Counted from the stretch's first letter, positions 38,060 through 48,376 are shown. The stretch: DNA of 64,000 nt from Thermodesulfobacteriota bacterium (GCA_040755415.1 JBFMAZ010000082.1:66296-130295); one strand, 5' to 3'. Numbers and translations: made by a program. Notes: generated by a model from the letters alone, not told the origin.

Positions 38060-39481
38060 TCACTCGATCACCTCCCAATGCCCGCCCTTGTCGGGGCCGA
38101 CGCGGCGAAGGATGCCTTTGTTCTTGAGCTTCGTCAGGTTCTTGTCGATGGCAGTTGTGCTGATGCCAACTTCCCGCGCCATTTCCCTAATAGAGACCCT
38201 CTTGTTGCGATGGATCAGCCGGAGAATGTTCCGTTCGCCTTCTCTCAGCTTTTCTCCCAACTTTTCCTCCAACCGTTCTACCAACTCCTCCCAACCATCT
38301 CCCAACTTTTCTCCGAACCTCTTCTCCAAACCTTCCTTTCCCTCCTTCAGAGCGAATTCGGGCGACCGTTGAAACGTTGCCCGAAAAAACGCATCGGTCG
38401 CGAAGGTCGGCTCGCGGAGTCCCGCCGAGACCATGGCCTCCTTCATCTTCCGGATGCCCATGCCGATGCGCTCGACCTTATGCAGGCGGAAGAAGGGGTC
38501 CGCAATCAGCTCGTTCCGTCGGATCGAAACCGTGCCGAGGTCCCGGATCGACAGGCCTTTCGGCAGGCCGCCGGGGTTCACGATCTCCACCCGGTCATCA
38601 TAGACCTCCACGCTGACCTGCGTGCCGGTGATGCTGTAATCGCGGTGCATGAGGGCATTCACCAGGGCCTCGCGCAAAACCTCGAGCGGGATCTCGTAAA
38701 TATCCTCCCGATTGACGCCGCGGATTTCGCTGCGGACGTTCAGGTGTTTCTTGAGGAAGGCAACGGCCTCATTGAATTGGATGAGCAGATCGTCCCGCAC
38801 ATCGCGGCGGTCGTAGATGTGGAACCTGTCCGTTCCCTTGAACGCCAGGAGAGTCATCTGCGCCTGATGCAGGTGGTCATGGACGTCCCTGGCGAAGAAG
38901 AGAATGCCCGCGTTTTTGACCCGGGTCTCGTCGGCAACCTTGAGGCTGCGCAGGAAGTCGGGCACGGCAGTGGAGCCGATGCGGATGCCCGCTTCCTTGG
39001 TGAATGCGCGTATCTTGGCCTTGGAGACATCGTCGAAGGTGAATCCCTTGACTGTTTTCTCTTCAAACGGCAGGGGATCGTTCTCCGCGAACATGATGCG
39101 CAGCTCGTCGTGGCTCACTTTCTGAGTGTTGCCGTCGAGCCGCCGATAGTAGCCGGAGCCGCAGGAGTACGGCTTCTCCGCGCCTTCCCGGACGACGACG
39201 GCCACCACATCGCCCACCTGTTCCATCTCGACGGATATGCTCGGCTTGCAGTTCCGCCCCAAGCTGTTGATCTTAGCCTTCAGGTCGTTGGACAGGTGCT
39301 CGCCGACGACGGTCCCGTCATCCCGAACACCCAAGAGGAGTGTCCCTCCCCTCGCGTTGGCGAAGGCTACGATGTCTTCGTCGATGCGGGAGGTATATTT
39401 CTCTTTAAATTCCACAGTGAGGCCTTCGCCCTCACGGATGAGGAGTTTTACCTTGTCTCTGTTCACCCCTGAACTTCCCAT
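38060..39481 (-). CDS. AlbA_2 (Schlafen-like divergent AAA) + HATPase_c_4 + C-terminal wHTH protein.
   Basis: N-terminal GLTVEFKE...IVAFANARGGTLLLGVRDDGTVVG (AlbA_2) and central LREALVNALMHRDY (HATPase_c_4-like). C-terminal HTH with EKLGE low-complexity repeats. Paralogous to the 40705..42177 gene. Confidence 0.65.
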   Translation of the reverse strand: MGSSGVNRDKVKLLIREGEGLTVEFKEKYTSRIDEDIVAFANARGGTLLLGVRDDGTVVGEHLSNDLKAKINSLGRNCKPSISVEMEQVGDVVAVVVREGAEKPYSCGSGYYRRLDGNTQKVSHDELRIMFAENDPLPFEEKTVKGFTFDDVSKAKIRAFTKEAGIRIGSTAVPDFLRSLKVADETRVKNAGILFFARDVHDHLHQAQMTLLAFKGTDRFHIYDRRDVRDDLLIQFNEAVAFLKKHLNVRSEIRGVNREDIYEIPLEVLREALVNALMHRDYSITGTQVSVEVYDDRVEIVNPGGLPKGLSIRDLGTVSIRRNELIADPFFRLHKVERIGMGIRKMKEAMVSAGLREPTFATDAFFRATFQRSPEFALKEGKEGLEKRFGEKLGDGWEELVERLEEKLGEKLREGERNILRLIHRNKRVSIREMAREVGISTTAIDKNLTKLKNKGILRRVGPDKGGHWEVIE

Positions 39482-39848
39482 GTCTTATGCCTTCACCTCG
39501 CCCGTCGAGCGTTTGAATTCCAGCGTCGGGCCGACGGTGCTGTTGCAGGCGGTGTTTGCCTTCTCCAAACCCTTGCCGATGTCCCCAACGTGCTCGGCCT
39601 GCCGCCCGGCTAAGCCATTTCTCCTTGCTTCATCCTATGAACCCCTTTGTCCTCTTTGTGGCCCTTCTCGTGGCTGGGGATAGCTTGTCTCATTTGCCGG
39701 GTTTTTGTTCGTCCCACATTTCGCGATAGGCGTGGACGTATGAAACCGTTGCCTCCGGGTCAATATCAAAGTAGTAGCGGCAGAGCTTTTTATATAACAC
39801 CAGCATTCCATCGTCGAAACAGAAATCAAGCATACCATCAAGGCTCGT

Positions 39849-40145
39849 TTATTTTTCTTTACCCGGAAACATACCCCTCTTGAGGATATAAACCCTCCGC
39901 GGATCCTTGGGACCCGTTCCGATCTCGGCCAGAAATCCCTTTGATACAAGACTCCATAGGCGGCCCTTGACCTCGACTCTTTTGACGAAGACCTCGCCGG
40001 TGGCCTCATCATAAGCCAACTCGGAAGCCGCTCGGAAGTCGACAGCTTCCGAGTTCACTTTCGTGTAAGCTTGCTCGTCATACCTCGCTGCCGAAATCCC
40101 CCTCTTGGCATGGTCGAACGTGAGACAATAGGATTCTTCAAGCAT
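39849..40145 (-). pseudogene. Hypothetical ORF interrupted by an in-frame stop: 98 codons, TAA, then about 50 more in-frame codons.
   Basis: ...MFPGKEK*TSLDGMLDFCFDDGMLVLYKKLCRYYFDIDPEATVSYVHAYREMWDEQKPGK* read directly from the sequence. No family assignment. Confidence 0.25.
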
Positions 40146-40704
40146 GTCTTGGCCCCTTTACGGCCCCTTTGAATAATCCAAGTCTTAAGACGGGTGATTG
40201 AATCCCCATGGCTTTATTGCCCCTTTGCTGGTTTGGTTTCAAACCATTTGCGGCATAATCGCATGTCTCATATGTCCGATAAATGTCCCATTCCCGAAAA
40301 GCATCATCATTCACAATCCGCTTCTTTATAAGATCCCTGTTGGGATTCTTTTGTCTTTCCGGCTTAAATCCTCTATAAGACCGCCGTTGATACCCGGATG
40401 ACGGGTTTGACTGGTTTATGACGGGTTTCTCAAGGTCAGCCCTCTTTCCCTCGAGTCGTTGAAGGCACATATGAGGCAATCCTGGCCCAATTGGCCCATA
40501 TATGGCCCCCTTTGGTTTCGCCCGCAATCTCTTTTATACCTGTCCCCACTCATGTTCTCTTTTTAGCCCCTTTTCGAGTGCCCCTAGTACGTATTGGTCT
40601 GTTCGTCTCTTTGAATAGCGCATTTGGCGCATTTCTGGCGCGATTAAGAAATGTCCCTATTGTCTCCCTATGAGGCGTTTGATGCGTTTGTGATGCGTTT
40701 ATAT

Positions 40705-42177
40705 TCATGAATCCTTTGAGTCCTTTGTGATGCGTTTCCTCATAAGTGTATAATGAGTTCCCTTGCCTGTGACGCCAACTTTATTCAGAAGTTCCCTGGT
40801 GAATAGATCGTCGAGATCCCGCGTTGCGGTAGCCCTCGAAACACCGAATAACTTCTGATAAGCGGAGTTGGAGATGCGACCATTTTTCTTAACATGGGTC
40901 AGGGCCTGAATCTGCCGCTCATTCAGCTTGTATCCGGCCAGAACCTTTGGTGTCAGCCAGTCCCGCCAGACCGTGCTCGTAAACTCTCCGCCTCGCTGAA
41001 CGAAATCAGGCTCAGGAAGGGCATGGGCAAGGCTTTCCCGGATCATCATGAGAGTGCCGGTACCGTATTTCTCGATATAGCGGGCGAGAAATAGAGCCTC
41101 ACAGATACGGGGATTACGGGCTATGGAGCCATGGGGCTGACGGAGGCTTTCCGGGGTAAGCGGCGGAACCAGCGTGCCGGGGTTCCATACTTCCACGCGG
41201 TCGGCAAAGACGGAAACCTGTACCGCTCCAGCCGAGGTATAGTCTCGGTGGGCAATGGCGTTGACAATAGCCTCACGGATCACATCGGGCGGTATTTCAT
41301 AACGAACAGGGGCCTGAGTGCTTTCAGACCGGGTGCCTACACTTCTATTGAGCTTTGACATGACAAAGTCCACTGCCATATCCACCTGCTCAAAGAGGGT
41401 GCCCTTGAAAATGCGGTAAAAGGGGACAGGACGCTGAATCTCGGTGCCGTGGAAATGCATACAGCGCACTTCGGAGGCCGGAAGGAAACGCTGAGGGTCC
41501 CGGCCAAAAAGGAGTATGGCGGCATTGCTTGGATGATCCCCGCAAAGAAGATGCAGGTGCGCAAGCACATCGGCTGCGGGGGTCTTGATCGGAAGCGGAA
41601 ACTGGCGTTCAAGCCTGGCCAAACGCACAAAATCCTCGACAGCATGAACGTCCACATCGCGGAGGTTAGCATCCGGACATGGCCTATCTTCGACATGCCG
41701 GGCTTGAATGATGCCGCAAACTTCGAGATAATCCACAAGACTTGAATAAAGCACCTCGGTCAACTCGGAAATACTGTCAAACCTTTTCCTGATAAGCTGT
41801 CGGCCGGCCTTGGCGATGAGCGCATGCATCTTTGGATGACGATCGGCATCGTCCAAGCCCTTAACAAGAGCTAGCCGAACCTTGCCGTGATCAGTTGCAA
41901 GGTCGAACTCGTGCTCCGTGGGAGAAATGCCCTTGGCATCTTCCGAGCCGTATTCGTTACCAAAGAGGCCAACGTAGAGATCGCACTCTTCGACCTCCTC
42001 AAGGTACACATCGTCCGCCCGGCGATCCTGTGCCGGTAAATCCTCGAACAGAAAAACATCGTAGAAACGTCGTAACAACGGATCATTCTGAACGAACTCT
42101 TTGATGGCACGTCGCTCTGCCCGGAATTCCTTCTGAACGCTGCTGACAAATATAGTTTTCTTATGAATCGCCATCAT
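40705..42177 (-). CDS. DUF4062 (TIR-like) + AlbA_2/Schlafen-like + HATPase_c_4 + HTH protein.
   Basis: N-terminal KTIFVSSVQKEFRAERRAIKEFV...YDVFLFED...LYVGLFGNEYG (DUF4062 pattern). The C-terminal half is homologous to the 38060..39481 protein (IREAIVNAIAHRDY). Confidence 0.65.
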   Translation of the reverse strand: MMAIHKKTIFVSSVQKEFRAERRAIKEFVQNDPLLRRFYDVFLFEDLPAQDRRADDVYLEEVEECDLYVGLFGNEYGSEDAKGISPTEHEFDLATDHGKVRLALVKGLDDADRHPKMHALIAKAGRQLIRKRFDSISELTEVLYSSLVDYLEVCGIIQARHVEDRPCPDANLRDVDVHAVEDFVRLARLERQFPLPIKTPAADVLAHLHLLCGDHPSNAAILLFGRDPQRFLPASEVRCMHFHGTEIQRPVPFYRIFKGTLFEQVDMAVDFVMSKLNRSVGTRSESTQAPVRYEIPPDVIREAIVNAIAHRDYTSAGAVQVSVFADRVEVWNPGTLVPPLTPESLRQPHGSIARNPRICEALFLARYIEKYGTGTLMMIRESLAHALPEPDFVQRGGEFTSTVWRDWLTPKVLAGYKLNERQIQALTHVKKNGRISNSAYQKLFGVSRATATRDLDDLFTRELLNKVGVTGKGTHYTLMRKRITKDSKDS

Positions 42178-42265
42178 AAGTTCCCGATCTCACGGAACCC
42201 AGCCGTTTCCAACGCTTCTATCAGAATTTTGTAGAACCTCACTGCCGCGATCTCCCGTTTGATCC

Positions 42266-43357
42266 TTAAATCAAGTTTTCCATTATAGCATCATGGATGA
42301 GCGGCCGGAAGACCTTTATTTTTTCATTGGTCCGGCTAGGGTGAATACGGTTGGTGAGCAGGAGAATGATTATTTTTCGCTCCAGGTCCATCCAGAAAGA
42401 TACACCGGTAAACCCAAGATGGCCCACGCTTTTCCGGGAAAAATACCGGCCGGCGCTGGAGCCCTCTTCGGATGGGGTATCAAAGCCCAGTGCCCAGGTG
42501 GTTCCACGGGGCGACTCCTGCCGCGTCAGGAAAACCGACATTAATTCGCGCCTAAAGATTCCCGTCTCTACTTCTCCCCGATAAGCCTTTAATATCATCT
42601 TAAGCAGACCATATAACTCCTCTGCCGTGCCAAAGAGGCCGGCATGACCGCACACCCCGCCTATGGCATAGGCATTGTCATCATGCACCTCGCCGCATAA
42701 AATCTTTTTGCGCCAGGGGCACTCCTCCGTGGCCGCTATCACCCCGGGTTCAGGTAAACTGCGACTATTAAGGGGCCGAAATCCGGTAAAAACCAGGCCG
42801 AGCGACTGGTAAATGTTGGCCGAGACAAACTCATCCAGTCCCTGGCCGGAGACCTCCTCAATTATCCACTCGAGCAGCATGAACCCCAGGTCGCTGTAAA
42901 GAGCCGCTTCTCCCGGGGCAGCAGCCAAGGGTTCATCCAGGAGCCACCCGCGTAATATCTTTTTTCGTTCCCCCGAAGGAAAAGCTCGTAACCGTGCAAA
43001 GTAAGGCTGATAGGCAGGCATACCCGAAGAGTGGGAGAGAAGCTGTTTTAAGGTAATCCCCGCCTTGGGATTATCCCGGCTGAGGCCTAAGATACCCCCT
43101 ATTTCCTGATCGATCGTAAGCACACCATCGGCCACCAGGGTCATAATCGCCATGGTGGTGGCCAGGGGTTTGGTAAGCGAGGCCAGGTCAAAGAGCGCGT
43201 CTGTCGTCATTTTTTGTCTGGACGGAATAAGGGAGGCATGTCCGTAGGCACGATGGGATAAGACCTCAGCCTCAGCCGACACATAGAGCACGGCACCTGG
43301 AAAAGTGCCTTCTTCTACAGCCCGATGCATAAGGGTGTCAACTTTTGAAAAGACAGG
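42266..43357 (-). CDS. Serine hydrolase of the class C beta-lactamase/penicillin-binding-protein family.
   Basis: SLTKPLATT (S-x-x-K) active-site motif. The ORF-track start at 43675 would overlap ldcA by about 300 nt, so the internal Met at about 43357 is preferred. Confidence 0.7.
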   Translation of the reverse strand, partial: PVFSKVDTLMHRAVEEGTFPGAVLYVSAEAEVLSHRAYGHASLIPSRQKMTTDALFDLASLTKPLATTMAIMTLVADGVLTIDQEIGGILGLSRDNPKAGITLKQLLSHSSGMPAYQPYFARLRAFPSGERKKILRGWLLDEPLAAAPGEAALYSDLGFMLLEWIIEEVSGQGLDEFVSANIYQSLGLVFTGFRPLNSRSLPEPGVIAATEECPWRKKILCGEVHDDNAYAIGGVCGHAGLFGTAEELYGLLKMILKAYRGEVETGIFRRELMSVFLTRQESPRGTTWALGFDTPSEEGSSAGRYFSRKSVGHLGFTGVSFWMDLERKIIILLLTNRIHPSRTNEKIKVFRPLIHDAIMENLI

Positions 43358-43379
43358 CATGTTAGCTGTTAATGCAGGC

Positions 43380-44303
43380 CTATTGTACGCAAGGCTCGGC
43401 CAATTCCAGCGTCCCTTCGTATCCATCCAATCTGAACATGGCGCCGATGGGCACGGCCATATTTTCCCTGCCGTGTCCGAAGGGGAAGCCCGCAACAATC
43501 GGAATATCCAAGTCCCGCAGGTTCTGATAGGCAAATTCCCATACCTCTTCCTCTTCGACCCCTTCCGTGAATTGCCCCAGGACCAATCCAGCCAGCTTAG
43601 AAAGCCTGCCGGCGAGTTTAAGCTGGGTAAAGAGGCGGTCAATGCGATAGAGCTTTTCCCCGCACTCTTCCACAAAGAGGATGCGGCCCTCCCAGGAAGG
43701 CTCGTAAGGCGTGCCTAGCAGGTGAACCAGGGTAGTAAGATTTCCTCCCATAAGCCGGCCCTGCGCCCGGCCCTTCTGAATAATCTCCCGGCGCGAAGGC
43801 GCTATAATTAGAGGCAACTCTCTGGTAAGGAGGTCCAGGAAGCGACGCAACCCATCATCAGAAAGACCGGGCAGTCCGGTCAGCATCGGCCCGTGAAACG
43901 TAAGTAAGCCGCTGGAGTCAAAGGCAAAGTTCAGGAGGGCGGTGACATCACTAAAACCTACGATGATCTTGGGATGGGTCTTAAATAGCGAGGCATCTAT
44001 ATGACCCAACATACGCAGCGTGCCATAGCCTCCGCGTACACAGAGCACGGCCTGGGCCTCATCATCTATAAGCGCTTCGTTCAAGAGGCGGGCCCGATGT
44101 TCATCAGAACCGGCCAGATACCCGTTTCGTTCGAACAACAGGGGATGATACTTGATTTCAAAACCCAGGGAGACCAGAAGCTGTACGCCTCTGTCAAAAT
44201 CCTCTCTCTCAAAGGGGCTGCCGGTAGCCACCAGGGCGATCCGGTCGCCTTTGCTCAATTTCCTGGGTCTGATTATTTCAGGATATTTAGACGTTTTGCT
44301 CAT
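43380..44303 (-). CDS. ldcA: LD-carboxypeptidase (S66, muramoyltetrapeptide carboxypeptidase).
   Basis: S66 family-like architecture, 307 aa. The family call is by overall resemblance; no diagnostic motif was checked. Confidence 0.75.
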   Translation of the reverse strand: MSKTSKYPEIIRPRKLSKGDRIALVATGSPFEREDFDRGVQLLVSLGFEIKYHPLLFERNGYLAGSDEHRARLLNEALIDDEAQAVLCVRGGYGTLRMLGHIDASLFKTHPKIIVGFSDVTALLNFAFDSSGLLTFHGPMLTGLPGLSDDGLRRFLDLLTRELPLIIAPSRREIIQKGRAQGRLMGGNLTTLVHLLGTPYEPSWEGRILFVEECGEKLYRIDRLFTQLKLAGRLSKLAGLVLGQFTEGVEEEEVWEFAYQNLRDLDIPIVAGFPFGHGRENMAVPIGAMFRLDGYEGTLELAEPCVQ

Positions 44304-45054
44304 AGATGAGGCGTAGCCCTTCCAGGGTAAGATGGGGTTCGACTGCCTTTATGGTCCTGGATTCGGAGACGATCAGAGAGGCCAGCCCGCCTGTGGCAAT
44401 TACTTTGACCGGGCCTCCGATCTCCCTCTTCATGCGGGTAACGATGCCGTCGGCCATATCTGCAAAACCATAGACAATGCCGGCGTTCATGGCCGATACC
44501 GTATCCCTGGCCATAACCGAGCGTGGTCCGGCAAATACAGCGGCGCGGGGCAACCTGGCGGCCTTGGCAAAAAGGGCCTCACAGGAGATGAGCACACCGG
44601 GCGCGATGGCCCCGCCCAGGTACTCCCCCCGCCCCGAGACATAATCAAAGGTGGTGGCGGTGCCGAAATCCACGACAATCGCGCCCCCCGGATACCGGGC
44701 AAAGGCGGCCACGGCATTGACCAGGCGGTCGGCCCCCAGTTCTGCCGGGTTATCTATACAAATTTTTATAGGGGACGAAATCCCCGGCCCGACTACCAGC
44801 GGCTTGACCTTCAGGTATTCCTGACAAAAGGTCTCGATCGCATAAAGCATGGAAGGAACCACACAGGAGATGGCTGCGCTGCGAATCTCGGAAACGGCTA
44901 GGTTTTCACGGGATATAAGGTGGGAAAAGCTGATAAAAAGCTCATCAGCGGTCGCCTTTGGGTCTGTATGCAACCGCCAGTCTCTAAGGAGACGGCCTCC
45001 TTTAAAGAGGCCGAACACGATATTTGTATTGCCTATATCTATCGCCAGGAGCAC
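44287..45054 (-). CDS. coaX: Type III pantothenate kinase.
   Basis: MLLAIDIGNTNIVFGLF N-terminal motif, 255 aa. Confidence 0.85.
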   Translation of the reverse strand: MLLAIDIGNTNIVFGLFKGGRLLRDWRLHTDPKATADELFISFSHLISRENLAVSEIRSAAISCVVPSMLYAIETFCQEYLKVKPLVVGPGISSPIKICIDNPAELGADRLVNAVAAFARYPGGAIVVDFGTATTFDYVSGRGEYLGGAIAPGVLISCEALFAKAARLPRAAVFAGPRSVMARDTVSAMNAGIVYGFADMADGIVTRMKREIGGPVKVIATGGLASLIVSESRTIKAVEPHLTLEGLRLIYEQNV

Positions 45055-45069
45055 AGGGCATCCCTTTCC

Positions 45070-46419
45070 TTATTTCAAGGCCTTTTCCAGAAACAAAGCC
45101 AGATCCTGCGCCAGGGCCTCGATCTGATCCTCTTTTTCCCCCTCCACCATCACGCGGACTAACGGCTCTGTGCCGGAGAAACGCACCAGAACCCGTCCCC
45201 GGCCCCCAAGCTCACCCTCGACCGCGGCCAGCTTTTTCTTGAAGCCGTTAATCTCATCCAGGTCTTTTTTCACGCTCACCCGCATATTTATCAGCTTCTG
45301 GGGATATGATTTCATGATCTTTGCCAGATCGGAGAGGGGGCGGCCGGTCTTGCAGATGATCGCGAGGAGCTGCAAAGCCGCCAATATGCCGTCGCCGGTG
45401 GTGATATGGTCGAGGAAAATCAGGTGTCCGGATTGTTCGCCCCCAAGGTTGTATCCACCCCTGACCATTTCTTCCACCACGTAACGGTCACCAACCCGGG
45501 TACGGACAAGGTTGACCCCCATATTCCTCATGCACACCTCGAGCCCCATGTTGCTCATGACCGTGGTAACTAAGGTCTTTTTGCGTAGTTTTTTCTCCCT
45601 GGCCATCATAGAGGCACAGATGGCCATGATATGATCTCCGTCAACCTTATTTCCTTTTTCATCCACGAAGATAACACGGTCTGCATCCCCGTCGAGGGCA
45701 ATCCCCAGGTCAGCGCCCTTCTCCTTGACGGTCTTCTGAACCAATTCCGGATAGAGGGCACCGCAACCACGGTTGATATTTGTCCCATCCGGCTTAACTC
45801 CGATCAGGGTCAACTCGGCGCCAAGTTCCTCAAAGACGATCGGGGCCACTTTATAGGCTGCCCCATGGGCGCAATCCAGCACGATCCGCAGGCCATCCAG
45901 GCTGTAAGCTGAAGAAAACGTATTTTTGAGAAAAACGATATAACGCCCGGTGGCATCATCGATGCGGAATGCCTTACCCACCTCATCTGCCGTAGGCCTC
46001 AGGGAATCAATTTCCTGGGAAAAAATAAGGTCTTCGATCTTCTGTTCCGTGGCATCCGGAAGTTTAAATCCATTGCCCGCAAAAAACTTTATGCCGTTGT
46101 CCTGAAACGGGTTATGAGAGGCCGAGATAATCACTCCGGCGTCAGCGCGCATATTCTTGGTAAGAAAGGCTATGCCGGGGGTCGGGAGCGGACCGACCAG
46201 GAGCACATCCACTCCCATGGAACAGATACCGGCGGCAATGGCATTTTCAACCATGTAACCCGAAAGCCGCGTGTCCTTTCCAATAACTATACGATGCCGG
46301 CGGTTTTTATCCTTAAATACATAGGCCAAGCCGCGCCCCAGTTGCATGGCTATCTCCGTAGTCATGGGATAGACATTGGCTACGCCGCGCACACCGTCCG
46401 TACCAAAAAGTTTACGCAT
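45070..46419 (-). CDS. glmM: Phosphoglucosamine mutase.
   Basis: [13 protein letters not shown]-terminus, SASHNP active-site loop, 449 aa. Confidence 0.9.
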   Translation of the reverse strand: MRKLFGTDGVRGVANVYPMTTEIAMQLGRGLAYVFKDKNRRHRIVIGKDTRLSGYMVENAIAAGICSMGVDVLLVGPLPTPGIAFLTKNMRADAGVIISASHNPFQDNGIKFFAGNGFKLPDATEQKIEDLIFSQEIDSLRPTADEVGKAFRIDDATGRYIVFLKNTFSSAYSLDGLRIVLDCAHGAAYKVAPIVFEELGAELTLIGVKPDGTNINRGCGALYPELVQKTVKEKGADLGIALDGDADRVIFVDEKGNKVDGDHIMAICASMMAREKKLRKKTLVTTVMSNMGLEVCMRNMGVNLVRTRVGDRYVVEEMVRGGYNLGGEQSGHLIFLDHITTGDGILAALQLLAIICKTGRPLSDLAKIMKSYPQKLINMRVSVKKDLDEINGFKKKLAAVEGELGGRGRVLVRFSGTEPLVRVMVEGEKEDQIEALAQDLALFLEKALK

Positions 46420-46459
46420 ATATCAACACCTTATACAAAAACCTTAAGCACTTCATGCC

Positions 46460-46612
46460 AAGGACAAATCCGAAACAAATTTCAAAACTCAAAGTTCAAA
46501 TGAAATCCAAATGACTAAATGCCCAAACTTATCCGCATGGGTATGTTTTGTCATTTGAACTTTGGGCTTCATTTGACATTTGAGCTTTGACATTTGTCAT
46601 TGATTTGATCCG
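46460..46612. repeat. Intergenic inverted-repeat element (family 2, CAAATGAC/GTCATTTG motifs) between glmM and cdaR.
   Basis: AAAGTTCAAATGAAATCCAAATGACTAAATG mirrored by GTCATTTGAACTTTGGGCTTCATTTGACATTTGAGCTTTGACATTTGTCA. Confidence 0.55.
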
Positions 46613-46652
46613 CCTCCGGCGGAGATTTTGGCATTTGTACTTGTCGTGTAAG

Positions 46653-47579
46653 TTACTTCTTCAAAATAATTATCCTGACCGATTTCGGCTCGGCCTTCTC
46701 TATTTCTACACCTGAGGGGGCCTCAATAACAGGCTGTCTCACATGTGTGCCGGGACGCAGCCCCTCCAGTTTCACCACGGCCCGGATACCCTGTTTCCAG
46801 GCCGCATTTTGCAGTACACTCACCGGCCCCTTTATTGATACTTCTACATTACGGGGGTTAATCTTATAGCCATAGGCCGTCCCCACACCCTCCACAGGTA
46901 TAACCAGGCTCTTTCGTATAATCTTTTCCTCAACTTGTATATAGGCAGTCACCTGCGGTTCACCTGCTACCCTCAGGTGATACCTGTGCAAGTCAAGTCC
47001 TGCTACAGCCTTCGTACTTATACTAAGTCCTGAAATATCAATAGGCCGGGTCAAGGCCTTTTTAACTTTAGCCACTTCCCTGGCTGCACCAACCAAAACT
47101 ACTTTAGCCGGTTTAAGTTCCACTCCCTTTAGTTCGTAACCAGTGGCTACTGCACCCTTTAATACGGCCTCAACCGGCACTTCCCGCCAGGCCAGCGGCT
47201 CCAGGACCAGGGTCACTTGGGAAGGATGGATACGTGTTACCTGGACCTCCCTCGGGAGACGAATACCTTCGGAAGTAATATGCAATGTCATCTTTCCCGG
47301 TGTGGCCTTGGCCAGATCCACCACATGGCTAAGACGCCGGGTGACCAGTTCACGCACCAGACTGCGTGGCCCATAGACACGCACATCAATCATGCCGTTA
47401 AACTCATTGCTGATAACCAGATCATCCGGCATGTTAACCAATTCCAGGGGGACACTAAGACTTACCTCGGCCTTTTCCTCTCCCACCACAAAGAACCACA
47501 AAAACAGGGCAAATGCCAGGGCTAAGAGCTTAATCCCGATATTCTTTCTCCAGAATCTCTGCGTCTTACCGGCCTTCAT
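46653..47579 (-). CDS. cdaR: YbbR-domain protein (CdaA regulator).
   Basis: N-terminal TM helix followed by repeated YbbR-like beta domains. Overlaps the cdaA stop. Confidence 0.8.
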   Translation of the reverse strand: MKAGKTQRFWRKNIGIKLLALAFALFLWFFVVGEEKAEVSLSVPLELVNMPDDLVISNEFNGMIDVRVYGPRSLVRELVTRRLSHVVDLAKATPGKMTLHITSEGIRLPREVQVTRIHPSQVTLVLEPLAWREVPVEAVLKGAVATGYELKGVELKPAKVVLVGAAREVAKVKKALTRPIDISGLSISTKAVAGLDLHRYHLRVAGEPQVTAYIQVEEKIIRKSLVIPVEGVGTAYGYKINPRNVEVSIKGPVSVLQNAAWKQGIRAVVKLEGLRPGTHVRQPVIEAPSGVEIEKAEPKSVRIIILKK

Positions 47580-48376
47580 TTTTTAATCATTGTACCTATG
47601 AGTTTTTTCCACCACTGCCTGCCGTCCTTTTCCTCTTTCCAGATACCCTGAAGCATATTTCTTAAGGTCACAGCGTCGAGATCGCGCGTTATTTTACCAT
47701 CAATAGCCACGGAGATAGTCCCGGTCTCCTCTGAGACCACTACTACCACTGCATCGGTATGCTCGGTCAGGCCAACTGCCGCCCGGTGCCGCGTACCCAG
47801 TTTTTTGCTCAGGAATGGGTTGGTAGAAAGGGGCAAAAAACACCCGGCGTGCGAGATGCGGCCATTACGGATGACTACTGCTCCATCATGTACGGGTGAG
47901 GTTGGATAAAAGATACTCAACAGTATCTCCCGGCTGACCCGGGCATCAATGGGCACACCAGATTCCAGGTAATCCTTCAGGCCGGCCTCCCTCTCGAGGG
48001 CTATTAATCCACCAATCCCCTTATTCGAAAGCGATACAGCCGACCGAACCACCTCTTCCAAGATCTGCAGCGTGGCTGTATCTGCTTTTAGAAATGGGGT
48101 ACGGCCAACCTGCATTAAGGCCCGGCGAATGTCATCCTGAAAAATGATAACTACTAAAAGAAAAAAGGAACTTAAAAAGGTGCCGAGCAGCCAGTGCAGG
48201 GTTTGCAATCCCACCTCACGCGCCATGAAATAGAAAACGACCAGAATAGCCAGGCCGGCCACCATCTGCACAGCCCGCGTGCCGCGAATAAAAAGGATTA
48301 TCTCATAGATAATAAAGGCCACCAGCAGAATATCCAGGACATCCTGCCAGCGCAATGTGGTCAAATATTCAATCAT
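47576..48376 (-). CDS. cdaA: Diadenylate cyclase.
   Basis: N-terminal TM helices and DAC domain with DGAVVI and RHRAAVG motifs. Confidence 0.85.
   Translation of the reverse strand: MIEYLTTLRWQDVLDILLVAFIIYEIILFIRGTRAVQMVAGLAILVVFYFMAREVGLQTLHWLLGTFLSSFFLLVVIIFQDDIRRALMQVGRTPFLKADTATLQILEEVVRSAVSLSNKGIGGLIALEREAGLKDYLESGVPIDARVSREILLSIFYPTSPVHDGAVVIRNGRISHAGCFLPLSTNPFLSKKLGTRHRAAVGLTEHTDAVVVVVSEETGTISVAIDGKITRDLDAVTLRNMLQGIWKEEKDGRQWWKKLIGTMIKK

Noticed and set aside
40138-40527. 129-aa ORF with low-complexity, basic sequence between the Schlafen-like paralogs.
   Set aside because: Compositionally odd (P/G/R/K-rich), no RBS, overlaps other frames. It is more likely non-coding remnant DNA of the recombined region.
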